A DNA stretch of 64,000 nt from Octopus vulgaris (GCA_951406725.2 OX597820.1:98084001-98148000), one strand, 5' to 3'. Positions 27,163 to 40,795 are shown, numbered from the stretch's first letter. The notes: generated from the letters alone by a model not told the origin. A program made the numbers and translations.

Positions 27163-27203
<41 letters not shown>

Positions 27204-27527
27204 AACCTTTATAGGATATATATGTCTTAACTCAGTGTTTCAAGCCTCATTAAATAATCAATTAAGTAATCGTCAAAACATATAAGTAAATAAATAGATA
27301 AAATAAAATGAAATGACTTACCAACCCTGGAACATTCGCATATTTCGAGTACTTCAGTGTTGATATTAGAGCAATTTGTCTGGTGATTGCTTAATTAAAT
27401 ATTTAATTAGGCTTGAAAATCAGAGTTTCAAAATGTATTAAATAACGAAAGCTCTCGCATTGTACGCGCGCGCGCTCACACACAGACATAGATACACATA
27501 TACATATACTTATGTATGTATGTATGT

Positions 27528-27589
<62 letters not shown>

Positions 27590-28089
27590 TATGAATATGT
27601 AAGCATACGTAGGTTCACTTAAAATGTGAAATCACGTGGCCTAGTGTTTACAGCTTTGTGTTCGAATGCAGGACATGAAACGCATTGTTTTATTTAGCAA
27701 GTTACATCATTTCAGATATTCGACTCCATCAACTGAAAGTGGGCGCCAGACGAGCGCTGAAAGGCTTTATCTTCCTCCAGCTCTGTCATCCAAGTTGAGA
27801 GGGTGGAGGTGCCCTCTATATCTCGTCGATACAACAGCAGCATGCTACGAAGTTGAAAATGTTTACCTGTGACGGCTATGATTGCTACATACATATACAT
27901 GTTCATACATAGATGTGTTGAACCGTATATGTAAACATGATGTTCTGGTGATCGGAAGCATTAATTTCCTTTATTTGCATTAATTTGTGAATATACAATT
28001 ATATTGTATAATGCTGAGTATACGTATTAATGCAAACAAGTACATACAGTTTTATCTGTGTAAGTATGTATGTATATATATATCATGAT

Positions 28090-28280
28090 TGATCGCTAGC
28101 CTCTAAACCTTTTTTTAATTTTATCTCTCTGCATATTTCTGTGTTCCTCTCTGTTGAAGAGCATAGGTTCGAAACGTAAAAAACTTTCAGACTTCCCGTG
28201 CGTTAAACTAATATATATGTTTGTTGTTTACACACCCGTCTTCGTCTTTTGTTGTTTTTCTTTTTGTAAATTCCAAATAT
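28090..28280 (+). mobile_element. Family P2 repeat with a minimal hammerhead variant (28146-28184)
   Basis: CTGTTGAAGAGCATAGGTTCGAAACGTAAAA; matches 5160-5300 and, on the minus strand, ~12030-12200. Confidence 0.6.
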
Positions 28281-29150
28281 ATATGCTTATTTGCATAAGA
28301 ATAGAACACTTTTGGGTTCTGTTTGATGTTTTTGATTACCCATTGTTCCTCCACAGCTCTTTGATTTTCAATGGAGGTTTTCATGTATGGTCTGCAGATG
28401 AAGTTTTTCCAGCTCTAGTCTTTGGTCGAAACATATCTAAGTTTATATATATATATATCATATAGTTAATAACCTTGAAATGTGCATTCTAAATGTGCAT
28501 TACAGCTACCACATGCCCTCAGACAGCAGAAATACTCTTTTCCTGGGATGTACATATATGTGGAAATCCGTAGTGTTCACAGAATTCATACAAAAAAAAA
28601 TTAATACTAGAAGATGGAATAAACAGTCTTGAAGCTACAGCAATTGTTTCTGTGCATTAACATCAGCTGTTAGTCGCTGAGTTTTCATATACATATCATT
28701 AAATAAATGTTATAGAAACACGACCCAGCAATAGCTGAGTACTTGTACCTCATCAAGTGAGTGGCTTTGAAAGCACTGCTAGATCACTTAGATTTTCACA
28801 CATTTTATACCAATATTCTATTGTTAGAATTCCCTTAACACAGAGCAACTCATAGATTCAGACACAAATACCAGAATAAATGAATAAAAACGTTTAACTG
28901 TGCGCGAGTGTTTGTGTTTATATATATACATGTATATAAATATACATTAAAATTTTGTGTTTTCATCCAAAATGGAGACGAACTCGATTCTTCCATGTGA
29001 TCGACTTGAAAAATTGTTAGGATATTAAAATATTTCTTCATAACACAAAACCAATTGTAGTCTTAATACACAAATAAAGAAATTATATCCACCAATGCGG
29101 TGTTGTGCACTCATTTTCATCATTCGACATTCACACACGCGCGCGCACGC

Positions 29151-29190
<40 letters not shown>

Positions 29191-29398
29191 TATCCTCTGG
29201 TTAATAACATTGTAACATTCATTCCAAAGCCCTTCTACGTTCATCGGCTACCATATGTCATAATACAATATGATCATAATACTTTATTCTGTATATAAAT
29301 GTAGAAATCCGTTAGTGTTCGTAGAATTCGTACAAAAAAAAAATGAATGCCAAAAATGGAATAAACAACCTTTAATACAAATAACAACTTATATATTT

Positions 29399-29619
29399 AT
29401 AAGAAACCAAAGTGCACGTACGCCGCTATATGTATATAAAAAGGAATACAAACAACGGGACAAGAACGCAAAACACCCAGACAGCTAGATGATACATCTG
29501 GATGTTTTGTTGTCCCCCTTTTTGTATCATCTAGCTGTCTGGATGTTTGCATTCTTGTCCCATTTTTTGTACTCCTTTTTATATACATATGGCGGCGTAC
29601 GTACACTTTGGTCTCTTAT
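29399..29619. repeat. ~95-bp inverted repeat (foldback); same family at ~30230-30305
   Basis: 29399-29495 is the reverse complement of 29524-29619. Confidence 0.75.
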
Positions 29620-29625
29620 ATGTAA

Positions 29626-29694
<69 letters not shown>

Positions 29695-30323
29695 CTTATA
29701 CGACTCTTATTCTTTAATTTTTTCTTTCTATCAAGCCCTTCACATTTATCTCGTTCTTTTCCCTCTTCATTTCACCTTCTTTCCTTTTTTCACTTCACTC
29801 TCTCCCTTTTTCTTGCCCCTCCCTAATTCTTCTGTCTCTCTACTTCTACGTTTCTTCTTTCTCCCCACGTGACCGGTGTTCGGCCAAGCCTGACCTTTCT
29901 TTCATGGTTCGACTACCATCCGTACTACATCTATACCCCTCCCCATGCCTGTCATCTCTTATGTCCCTGCCGTAAAGCTTCACTTCCACATACGCCAGCT
30001 TAATTTAATTCGTCCTTAGTCGAAAGGCACCTGTTGTTATGTCCTGTTATTTGCATTTGTATTTGTGTACCATTTCTCCATTTTTTTTTCTGTCCTTGTT
30101 TTCGTATACATTCGCTGCTTTCTTCCAAGAAATCTAATGCTCTTAGCTTAGTTTTTCCTTGAGAATAACCAGCCGAAATTGCAAAGATAATCTGGAACTC
30201 GACTGAGAGAAGAAAACTTCGAATGAGCCGTCCATGTTTTTTCTTGTCCCTCTTTTGCATCCACTGTCTGGATGTTTTGCGTTCTTGTCCCATTTTTGTA
30301 TTCCTTCATATATATATATATAT

Positions 30324-30384
<61 letters not shown>

Positions 30385-31173
30385 TATAAATGTAAGAACT
30401 AGGGATCGTAGTGTAGGAAGAAAGTTATCTTTAAGAAATCTGTAGTAAATATTAAAAAAAAACAATTTTCAGGTACAATGGTGGTTTATTTAGACGGAAG
30501 TTTGTGGATTATTTTCGTATCGAAGAACGATATGCTGAAAAAATGTTCTTTCTATATTCCACGGTAGTTGACCAGGGTTGCCGGGTGTGCAAATAAGAAT
30601 AACAGAGTTACAGAATGGCGGAGGAAAAATCTGGGCAACATATTTCACAGCGAGGTGAACCTCAGAAGTGGTAAATTCCAAGTGAGGCGTATACAGCCGG
30701 TTACACTTGAGGCCAAGGATATATATGTTTTTCTATATATGTTTTTTCTATTAATTTTTTGGCAGGACCGTTACGGTGAAAAGGAGACGATGATTTCAGT
30801 ATGTGTAATCGTTCTTCGAATCCTAGCTGCAATCGCTTGTAAAGACGCTAGTGGAAATATTCATTTTTCTTAAATGGCCATAAGTATTATGTTGAACTGA
30901 TACTTGCATGAACAATTGTAAGTCTTCCTCAAAAATATTTGCTCAGGCTTGCAGACACATGCAGAAGAATAATACACATTAACCGAGGAGATCCAGTATT
31001 TGGCTATCTGTCTGTCTGTCTCTACGGGTATATATCTAACTAGATAATGTGCCTACTGACTTTTTTTTATCGCCCAACGCTGACTAATGTTTAACTAATG
31101 TATATAACTATATACATTAGTATATATACGTATATAACTAAATAGGGACATTTTATCTATATCTATCTATCTG

Positions 31174-31239
<66 letters not shown>

Positions 31240-31383
31240 AATGAATCAATCAATCGATCGATCATCCAACCAATTAGTCAATGAACCAATCAATTAATCT
31301 TTCTGACTCTCTCTCTCTCTCTCTACTGTATATATACCTATGCATGAAACATACATACAAATACATTCACCCTCATCTGTTAG

Positions 31384-31477
<94 letters not shown>

Positions 31478-31904
31478 AAGCGTATATTTATGGTTGATTG
31501 CATGCACGAAATTAGTCACAAATAATGGCACAATTACTAGGCACTAGGTGCGGCACACAAACACGCTCACACACACACACACATACACACACACAAGCAT
31601 CCACACATATACAGCAACGTATATATACAAATATATATATATATTTATACATACTGAGATATCATTGCAAATCATTTCCGTATCAGTTCCAATAATGAAG
31701 GTCAGAAATGTTGAACGATTGATGTAACACTGTATAATCGAACTTTGAACTGTTGTTCCGTTTTGTTTGGTTTCCGTTTTTGAACTTGTGTGTATGTACG
31801 AATGTATCTATATATGTGCGTGCACGTACATATTTATATATACGTATATATATGTGTGTGTGTGTGTATGTGTATATATATACGTATATATATGTATATA
31901 TAAA

Positions 31905-31958
<54 letters not shown>

Positions 31959-31967
31959 TATACATAT

Positions 31968-32002
<35 letters not shown>

Positions 32003-32467
32003 CACACATATGTTCATATATATATATATTTACACATATATACATATACATACGTTTTAATTTTTTTAATTGTCTCAGTCATTAGACTTGTGTCATGCTG
32101 GAGCACCGCTTTGTTTTTTTAAGGTTGTTGCTTATTCTATAACACATATGCCGATCTCGCTAAGGAGGACGTAAACACAAGACTAGCTATTTAGCTAGAT
32201 CGCCGGTCTTGTGTTTACGTTCCCTAATCCTAGCGAATCGGCATATGTGCTCGATAGAATAAGCAGCAGCCTTAAAACAAACAAAGACTCGAAGACACAT
32301 ACAGCACACACACATACATACACACGTCCTACCAAATCAATTCACAAAGACAGTTGCCCAAAGATCCACTGGTGTAGAACTCTGTGTGCATGTATATTTA
32401 TGTATGTGTGTATGTATGCATCGTAGGTAATGCTTGGATATTGGTATCTAGATCTGGAAGGTTCGGT

Positions 32468-32543
<76 letters not shown>

Positions 32544-32555
32544 AGTGTGTGTATA

Positions 32556-32788
32556 CAGGGTTTGCCAAAAGTCACCTGACAGTATATCAAAAACATTTAA
32601 TTCCAAGATTTATTTACGTTTAGCAACACAATGAATTCAATAAAACCATCTAAATATGAGAAATCATGTAAATAATTCAAACTGAAGCCCTTCTTGAGCG
32701 ACACATTTTTCCATTCCAGTCAATACAGAATTACAGATAGTATTTATGGAATTTTGATTTACTGCCGGACGACTTTTCGCCAACCCTG
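32556..32788. mobile_element. Tc1-like MITE
   Basis: TIRs CAGGGTTTGCCAAAAGTCACCTGACAGTA / CAGGGTTGGCGAAAAGTCGTCCGGCAGTA, TA on both sides; minus-strand EKCVAQEGLQFE resembles a Tc1 transposase C-terminus. Confidence 0.75.
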
Positions 32789-32851
32789 TATACATACATA
32801 TATACATACATACATACATGCATGCATACATACGTACATACGTACATAAAT

Positions 32852-32911
<60 letters not shown>

Positions 32912-33112
32912 TTATTTTATAGAAGGAGCTTCTACAGGACTAGAACTGTTTCATTCAAATGAAATCTTCATACTTGTACATACGTATGTATATAAGCGAA
33001 TTTTAGGTTTTTGAGACATATTTCAACTTCTAAAAGAAATCTACAGCAGTTGCTCCGGAGAAAAATGTTCCCTCTTCTGGTAAAAGGAGTACCATAACAA
33101 TACATACATACA

Positions 33113-33204
<92 letters not shown>

Positions 33205-33479
33205 TAATACACAACTATAAGATAGAATACTATGTGGACGCTCTTATGCTAGATATAGAACCGCAAAGGGAATCCACCACTAAGATATTTTTTCGTTATT
33301 TTTAATTTGTCTTGCTCGCTTACGTTCTTGGTGTGTTGAATTATTTCTTGAGAACAATTCTTAGTGGTGGATTCCCTTTGCGGATCTATATATATATATG
33401 GATTCTATATATATATTAATATATATCTCATCTTTTATATAGGCCACTATATTAAATATATATAATTTTTTCATATTTT

Positions 33480-34544
<1,065 letters not shown>

Positions 34545-34629
34545 TGATTGATTGATTGATTCTAGTTTCAGCTTATGAGCTGTGGCCATGCTGGGGCACC
34601 GCCATTTGGTGTTGCTACTTGGTTTCACT

Positions 34630-36849
34630 TCATGGAGGCTTTCTAGCAACTGCTATTTGGTGCATGAGAGAGTTCGATGCAGCTGCCCTCATCTGCCCCT
34701 CCTGCCGTGAAGTTGGTTCATCTGGGACACCTGACAGGAAGAGATCCAGCTTCATTTTAAAGACATCTGTATCCACCCCATGCAGGTCTCTCAGGTTCTT
34801 CGGGAGGATATTGAAGAGCTGTGGGCCTCGGAAGCCCAGGCTATCACAGAATCTTGTCCTACATCTTGATGGCAGGTTTGGAGTCCTAGGCACCACGCAG
34901 TGGCGCCCAGTTCTGGCATTTGCGTAACTCTCGATGCCAAAGTTCAGGACACTTCCCTCCAGGATCTTCCAGATGTATATTATGGCATATCTTTCCCGCC
35001 TACGCTCCAGGGAATATAATTTTAATCTCTTGAGTCTTTCCCAGTAGCTTACATTCTGCATAGAGGCTATCTTCTTTGTGTAGCTTCGTTGGATCGCCTC
35101 AAGTTCTGTGATCAACTTGACACTGGATGGTGACCATAGCTGAGAGCAATAGTCAAAGTGGCTTAGGACAAGTGTCTTCCAGAGGACCATCATGGTTTCT
35201 TGTTCTCTTGTTCTAAAGGTTCTAAGAATCCATCCAGCCAGCCGTCTACATTTCATTGTCAGTTTAGCAACATGTACATGAAAGGTCGCGTCATCACTCA
35301 TGTGAATACCCAGGTCACGCACTGATTGTGCCTCTGGGATTGCAATCCCTCCGGGTCCAGTGTATTCATTGGGTATTGCATTCAGTTTTGCATGCTGATA
35401 GTATAAAGCTTGAAACTTTCCAGCATTGAACTGCATGCTATTCTTTTCAGCCCACTTGTATATTTCGTCCAGCTCACATTGCAGGTGTTTAGTGTCCTCA
35501 GGGTTCTGTATTGCCTGTGAAACTTTTGTATCATCTGCATAACTTGTGATCGTGGCTCTCTGCGTGGCTGAGGGCATGTCTGAGAGGGCCATTATGAACA
35601 GTAGTGGTCCCAGAACAGTGCCCTGCGGAACACCGCTCACTATTTGTGTGTTAATGGAGGTGGCCCCATTGGCTACTACCACCTGACTTCTATCCTTCAG
35701 AAAGTCATGAAGCCATTCTCCCAGTTTTCCAACTATGTTGAGATCACGCAGTTTGTGACATATCATTCCATGATCGACTTTATCAAAGGCCTTTGCAAAG
35801 TCGAGATATATCACTTCCACATTTGAGTGGTTGAGCAGCCGTTTCAGCACCCAGTCATAGTGTTGTAGGAGCTGAGTTAAACAGCTTCTCCCTGGTCGGA
35901 AACCATGTTGGGTGTCGGGCAGCAAGTCATTCTCTTCAAGGAAGGTGATCAGCTTCCTTCTGACTATTCGTTCCATGACCTTGCTGATGTGTGAGGTCAG
36001 AGAGATAGGTCTATAGTTCTTGGCTTCCGCTCTGCTACCTCCTTTATGAATGGGGCATATTTTACCTTCCTTCAGTTTTCCTGGAAGTTTGCCAGCTGCA
36101 AGGAAGCTCTGAAAGAGGAACTGCAGTGGTCTTGCTAGGACTCTCTTACATGCTTTTAGGAGGATTGCCGGGAATCCATCGGGGCCAGTAGCTGAGTCTG
36201 TTTTCATTTCATCTATAGCCTTGGTTACATCGTCTTCCTTTATATCGATGTAATCTATCGTCGCCGCCTCTGATTTTATATCTGCAGTGGTAAAAAAGTC
36301 AGTTGGATTGGTGATTTGGAGATGCCCAAGGGGTGGAGTGAAAACACTCTTGAATTGCTCATTCAGTATTTCACTTACCCTCATTGGTTTTCCTGTAAGT
36401 GTGCCATCCTTTTCGAGGAGTGGCCCTATTCTACAGTGCACTGTAGCTGTTTCTTTGGCATACCTGTAGAAAGCTCTGGGGTTAGATTTTATGTTTTCTA
36501 TAGCCCAGGCTTCTTTGTCTGCTCTTTCTTTTTCATGGGAGAGTTGCAGACATTTTTCGATTTCCAACAGTTTTATTTTTAGGCGGGACTTTTCACTGCT
36601 TTCAATCTGTTTGTTTAGGCGATTTGAAAATTTCGTACGCCGTCTCATTAAAATTTTCCTCTCTCTGGGGATTTTGTTCTTGTGTACAGTGGCCTTTCTC
36701 TCTGGGACACATTTGTAGCATATGGCTTGCATTACAGACATGAATTGTTGAAGTTTCACGTCGATGTCTGGCGAGGAGAGACATTTAGGCCAGTTTTGTT
36801 TGAGGATCTCTTTCTCAATTTGTTTCCAGTTTGCCTTATGGTAGTTCAA
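34630..36849 (-). CDS. LINE ORF2 reverse transcriptase portion
   Basis: [73 protein letters not shown]; 739 codons without a stop. Confidence 0.95.
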   Translation of the reverse strand: MNYHKANWKQIEKEILKQNWPKCLSSPDIDVKLQQFMSVMQAICYKCVPERKATVHKNKIPRERKILMRRRTKFSNRLNKQIESSEKSRLKIKLLEIEKCLQLSHEKERADKEAWAIENIKSNPRAFYRYAKETATVHCRIGPLLEKDGTLTGKPMRVSEILNEQFKSVFTPPLGHLQITNPTDFFTTADIKSEAATIDYIDIKEDDVTKAIDEMKTDSATGPDGFPAILLKACKRVLARPLQFLFQSFLAAGKLPGKLKEGKICPIHKGGSRAEAKNYRPISLTSHISKVMERIVRRKLITFLEENDLLPDTQHGFRPGRSCLTQLLQHYDWVLKRLLNHSNVEVIYLDFAKAFDKVDHGMICHKLRDLNIVGKLGEWLHDFLKDRSQVVVANGATSINTQIVSGVPQGTVLGPLLFIMALSDMPSATQRATITSYADDTKVSQAIQNPEDTKHLQCELDEIYKWAEKNSMQFNAGKFQALYYQHAKLNAIPNEYTGPGGIAIPEAQSVRDLGIHMSDDATFHVHVAKLTMKCRRLAGWILRTFRTREQETMMVLWKTLVLSHFDYCSQLWSPSSVKLITELEAIQRSYTKKIASMQNVSYWERLKRLKLYSLERRRERYAIIYIWKILEGSVLNFGIESYANARTGRHCVVPRTPNLPSRCRTRFCDSLGFRGPQLFNILPKNLRDLHGVDTDVFKMKLDLFLSGVPDEPTSRQEGQMRAAASNSLMHQIAVARKPP

Positions 36850-37625
36850 GCTGGAAAGATTTTGAGGTTTCTTGTAGGCTGCATGTCCGTGCTCTCTTTT
36901 GGCCCGTACATGGTCAGCTCTATCATGTTGTGATCCGAGAGTAGTGTCGGTGTCACTTTCACATTATGGATGAGATCCATGTCATTTGTGAAGCAGAGAT
37001 CCAGTGTGTTACCTGCCCTGGTTGGTTGGAGTATTACCTGCTCCATGTACAGGGTGTTGATGAGGTTCAGGAGGGACCTCGCCTGTCCTCGTTCACATCT
37101 TGTCATTCCTGGGAGAGAAAGGCCCTCGGGCCATCTGACATTGGGCAGATTGAAGTCTCCCATAAGAAGCACACCTATGTGTTGTTCTAATGTGGTTAGA
37201 ATTTCTTCTATTTTTATAAGGCAGTCTTCAAACTTGCCCACATGGCTTGGGGCATCTGGAGGGCGATATGTAGCACACACAACTACATCAAGTTGCCTAA
37301 TATGTACAATTAGTGTGTCACACACCGAGTTTGAGTATGACAAGAGGACCTGGGGTGTGAGGTCCTCACGGATGTACATAGCAACACCTCCATGACTCCT
37401 TTCTTTCCTGTCGGTCCGTAGTACAGCATACTGTGGTATGTGTAACTCCGCATCTGCTATGTCCGGTTTCAGGTGCGTTTCTGTAAGTGCTATGCATAAG
37501 GCTTGATTGCATGCAACAAAGTCTCTCAGGAACGGGATCTTTGTCCTGTTACTGAGTGTTTGCAGTCCTCTGATGTTCAGTAGGAGTATCGAGGTGAGGT
37601 GTACGTTGTTGCCGGCGGTGTCCAT
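36846..37625 (-). CDS. LINE ORF2 apurinic-type endonuclease portion (frameshifted relative to RT)
   Basis: LLLNIRGL, IALTETHL, RTDR..GGVAMYI, YRPP, MGDFNLP, PTRAGNTLDLCFTN, LSDHNMI. Probable start is the ATG at 37625; the frame is open from 37733. Confidence 0.9.
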   Translation of the reverse strand: MDTAGNNVHLTSILLLNIRGLQTLSNRTKIPFLRDFVACNQALCIALTETHLKPDIADAELHIPQYAVLRTDRKERSHGGVAMYIREDLTPQVLLSYSNSVCDTLIVHIRQLDVVVCATYRPPDAPSHVGKFEDCLIKIEEILTTLEQHIGVLLMGDFNLPNVRWPEGLSLPGMTRCERGQARSLLNLINTLYMEQVILQPTRAGNTLDLCFTNDMDLIHNVKVTPTLLSDHNMIELTMYGPKESTDMQPTRNLKIFPA

Positions 37626-38488
37626 CCTGTGTCTGTTTGCTGTGGTGGTCTGGTATATAGTGGGTAGTCCCACCTGCGGGCTTGGGTTTGATGAAGCCAG
37701 GTCAGCTGCTGTACAATCTTTTGTGCCATGCACAAAAAAGATTGTTGCTCAGCAACTGCTCTTTCGACAACATCATGTTGGCTGTTTGTGGCGCGCACAA
37801 CATCTGCGTACCTCCGCTTTGGGGCAGGTGGTGCGTGGTCCATCCCTTTTCTTTGTGTTGATGGTTTGTCCATCTGCCTCGTGTCTCTGTGGCAGGGTCC
37901 CCGATGTGCAAAGCGGCAGCCTGCACCTTCCTTTCCATGCCAGCAGGAACCTCTCAGGTAGAACATACACACCCGTGTGCGCTGTTTGGTTCCATCCTTT
38001 GCGGTTCCACTTCTATTTCTGGTTGTTTCACTCTTTGGTCCTGCTTGAGCTTTTTCTTTTCCTTTAGCTCTTCCAGTCCTTCTTTTAGTTCTTCTTCCTC
38101 CCTCTACCTCTTCACCGGGTTCTCCGTCTCCATGGCCCTTGCTGCCGGTTGGAGAACTTGCACCTGGGTTCACTTCCCGGGCAGGTTTCTCATTCAAAAC
38201 CTCCTCCCGGGCGTCCACCAGGTGGGGGTGACTTCTTTCATCGTCTCCATTCTTGCCATCTTTGCCCCGCTCGTTCTCAAAGATGGCATCAAGTGCGCCA
38301 ATGTGCGACCGTACAAGCGCATATGAGCGCACGAATTCCTGTCTCTTTCGCTCCATCTGAGCCGCTGTCCTCTTGTAGCCTCTGCTCTTCAGCGCAGCCG
38401 CAATCACCTCCCTAGGGCTATCTCCGCCGGCGCACTCCCATGCTCGTACGAATAAATCCAGCTCGTCACGTCTCCATGCTCTGGACAT
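37577..38488 (-). CDS. LINE ORF1: Myb/SANT-like N-terminus, basic linker, CCCH zinc finger
   Basis: W..DE...F..AW.....IAAALKSRGYKRTAAQMERK (trihelix/Myb-like pattern); CMFYLRGSCWHGKEGAGCRFAH = C-x7-C-x8-C-x3-H; overlaps the start of ORF2. Confidence 0.8.
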   Translation of the reverse strand: MSRAWRRDELDLFVRAWECAGGDSPREVIAAALKSRGYKRTAAQMERKRQEFVRSYALVRSHIGALDAIFENERGKDGKNGDDERSHPHLVDAREEVLNEKPAREVNPGASSPTGSKGHGDGEPGEEVEGGRRTKRRTGRAKGKEKAQAGPKSETTRNRSGTAKDGTKQRTRVCMFYLRGSCWHGKEGAGCRFAHRGPCHRDTRQMDKPSTQRKGMDHAPPAPKRRYADVVRATNSQHDVVERAVAEQQSFLCMAQKIVQQLTWLHQTQARRWDYPLYTRPPQQTDTGWTPPATTYTSPRYSY

Positions 38489-38550
38489 GCTGGATAATCC
38501 GTCTATCCGTTTATCTATCTAATTATGTTCGAGAGAAGACAGGAAGATAT

Positions 38551-39700
38551 TAAGGCTAATTAGAAGATAGAGTACTTGAAAAAGAAATATTAACAATATT
38601 AAAGTTTGTGTAAAAACGTTATTTGGGTAAAAACGTTATTTAATCTTAAGGCTAATTAGGGGATAGAGTATCTGAAAATGTATTAGCAATATTAATATTA
38701 TATTAGAGTGTGGATAAAAACGTTGTTTAATCTTAAGGCTAATTAGGAGATAGAGTATCTGAAAATATATTAGCAATATTAATATTATATTAGAGTGTGG
38801 GTAAAAAAACGTTATTTAATCTTAAGGCTAATTTGGAGATAGAGTATCTGAAAATATATTAGCAATATTAATATTATATTAGAGTGTGGGTAATATTAAA
38901 CGTTATTTAATTTAATCTTAAGGCTAATTAGAAGACGGAGTATCTGAAAAATTATATATACAATATTAAGCAATATTAACCGTTATTTAATTTAATCTTA
39001 AGGCTAATTAGACGTTATTAATATTAAACGTTATTTAATTTAATCTTAAGGCTAATTAGAAGATAGAGTATCTGAAAATATATTAGCAATATTAATATTA
39101 TATTAGAGTGTGGATAAAAACGTTATTTAATCTTAAGGCTAATCAGGAGATAGAGTATCTGAAAATATATTAGCAATGTTAATATTATATTAGAGTGTGG
39201 GTAATATTAAACGTTATTTAATTTAATCTTAAGGCTAATTAGAAGATAGAGTATCTGAAGAATTATTAACAATATTAAAACAATATTAAACGTTATTTAA
39301 TTTAATCTTAAGGCTAATTAACAATAATTATTAACAATATTAAACAATATTAAACGTTATTTAATTTAATCCTAAGGCTAATTAACAATAATTATTAACA
39401 ATATTAAACGTTATTTAATTTAATCCTAAGGCTAATTAGACGTTATTAATATTAAACGTTATTTAATTTAATCTTAAGGCTAATTAGAAGATAGAGTATC
39501 TGAAAAATTATTAACAATATTAAAACAATATTAAACGTTATTTAATTTAATCTTAAGGCTAATTAACAATAATTATTAACAATATTAAACAATATTAAAC
39601 GTTATTTAATTTAATCCTAAGGCTAATTTGACGGTATCAATATTAAACGTTATTTAATTTAATCTTAAGGCTAATTAGAAGATAGAGTATCTGGAAAATT
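38551..39700. repeat. Modular tandem array upstream of LINE ORF1 (16 units, 48-96 bp)
   Basis: TAAGGCTAAT at 38551, 38647, 38734, 38823, 38919, 38999, 39047, 39134, 39230, 39309, 39373, 39427, 39475, 39554, 39618 and 39666. Confidence 0.9.
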
Positions 39701-40148
39701 ATTATATCGAGAACAGATATTGAAAATGTAAACAAACAAAATGACGATCGCAACTTTAACTAAGATGTGGGCCTAAGTGAAAGATAAAATAGAATAATAA
39801 ATAAAATATGAAATAGATGAAATTGATACTTAATCCAACAATGTGGTCTGGATTATTTTTTTTGGTTTACGGGATTTTTTTCAGGAGAGATGCTTCTTTT
39901 TTCTTTCTTGCAGGAGATAACTTGATTCAGTTATTTTTGCACCATGTGCGTTTCGGCGAAAATGAAAATTACTGTGTATATGTATATATTTATATATATA
40001 TTTTTAAAAATATTTTTAACCAAAGTGTTGTAGTGATCTCTATGACTTAGAGTTTTACGTTTTGCAACACAGTGGGTTATTTCGCCGTTCTATGCAAACT
40101 TTTTCACAGAGCAAAGGCAATCACGTCTTTCTCTGCTGAAAACGGAAC

Positions 40149-40203
<55 letters not shown>

Positions 40204-40409
40204 GCACACACACACACACTAATGAGGCAATGGAAATTGCTGAAACTGACGCGTCAGTATTCAAAATTCTCGATCGGCACTTTTCTGATGATTATGATCC
40301 TTGTTTGTGCTTATGTTTTCATTCATATGCATTAATTACGGCATTTGGGTGGTTTAGCTGCTATGTCTAGCAATATACCAGTTTCCTAACACGCTAGTTA
40401 CATTTAGTG

Positions 40410-40795
40410 TGGAGGCGCAATGGCCCAGTGGTTAGGGCAGCGGACTCGCGGTCGTAGGATCGCGGTTTCGATTCCCAGACCGGGCGTTGTGAGTGTTTAT
40501 TGAGTGAAAACACCTAAAGCTCCACGAGGCTCCGGCAGGGGGTGGTGGTGATCCCTGCTGTACTCTTTCACCACAACTTTCTCTCACTCTTACTTCCTGT
40601 TTCTTTTGTACCTGTATTTCAAAGGGCCGGCCTTGTCACTCTCTGTGTCACGCTGAATATCCCCGAGAACTACGTTAAGGGTACACGTGTCTGTGGAATG
40701 CTCAGCCACTTACACGTTAATTTCACGAGCAAGCTGTTCCGTTGATCGGATCAACCGGAACCCTCGTCGTCGTAACCGACGGAGTGCTTCTATCC
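40410..40795 (+). mobile_element. SINE family C, full copy, 14-bp TSD
   Basis: TGGCCCAGTGG A box, GGTTTCGATTCCC B box; TSD AGTTACATTTAGTG at 40396-40409 and 40796-40809. Confidence 0.9.

Larger units (their letters stand above)
34543..39750 (-). mobile_element. Probably full-length CR1/L2-group (Jockey superclade) LINE
   Basis: 5' tandem array, ORF1, APE-RT ORF2, ~70-bp 3' UTR with hairpins, (CAAT)4 tail. The 5' boundary is approximate. Confidence 0.9.

Noticed and set aside
36846-36930. Programmed -1 ribosomal frameshift between EN and RT
   Set aside because: I see no X XXY YYZ slippery heptamer in the correct frame; a single-base deletion or assembly error is simpler.
37507-38415. Plus-strand ORFs antisense to LINE ORF1
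   Set aside because: Shadow ORFs of a GC-richer coding strand with no recognisable motifs.
38551-39700. CRISPR-like appearance (constant repeat with variable spacers)
   Set aside because: The spacers are reused, related modules rather than unique sequences; there are no cas genes; the context is a eukaryotic LINE.
40410-40490. tRNA genes at SINE heads (also ~11735-11805 and 53715-53790)
   Set aside because: The A/B boxes continue into SINE bodies, two of them with TSDs; there is no proper acceptor stem, so these are tRNA-derived SINE heads.
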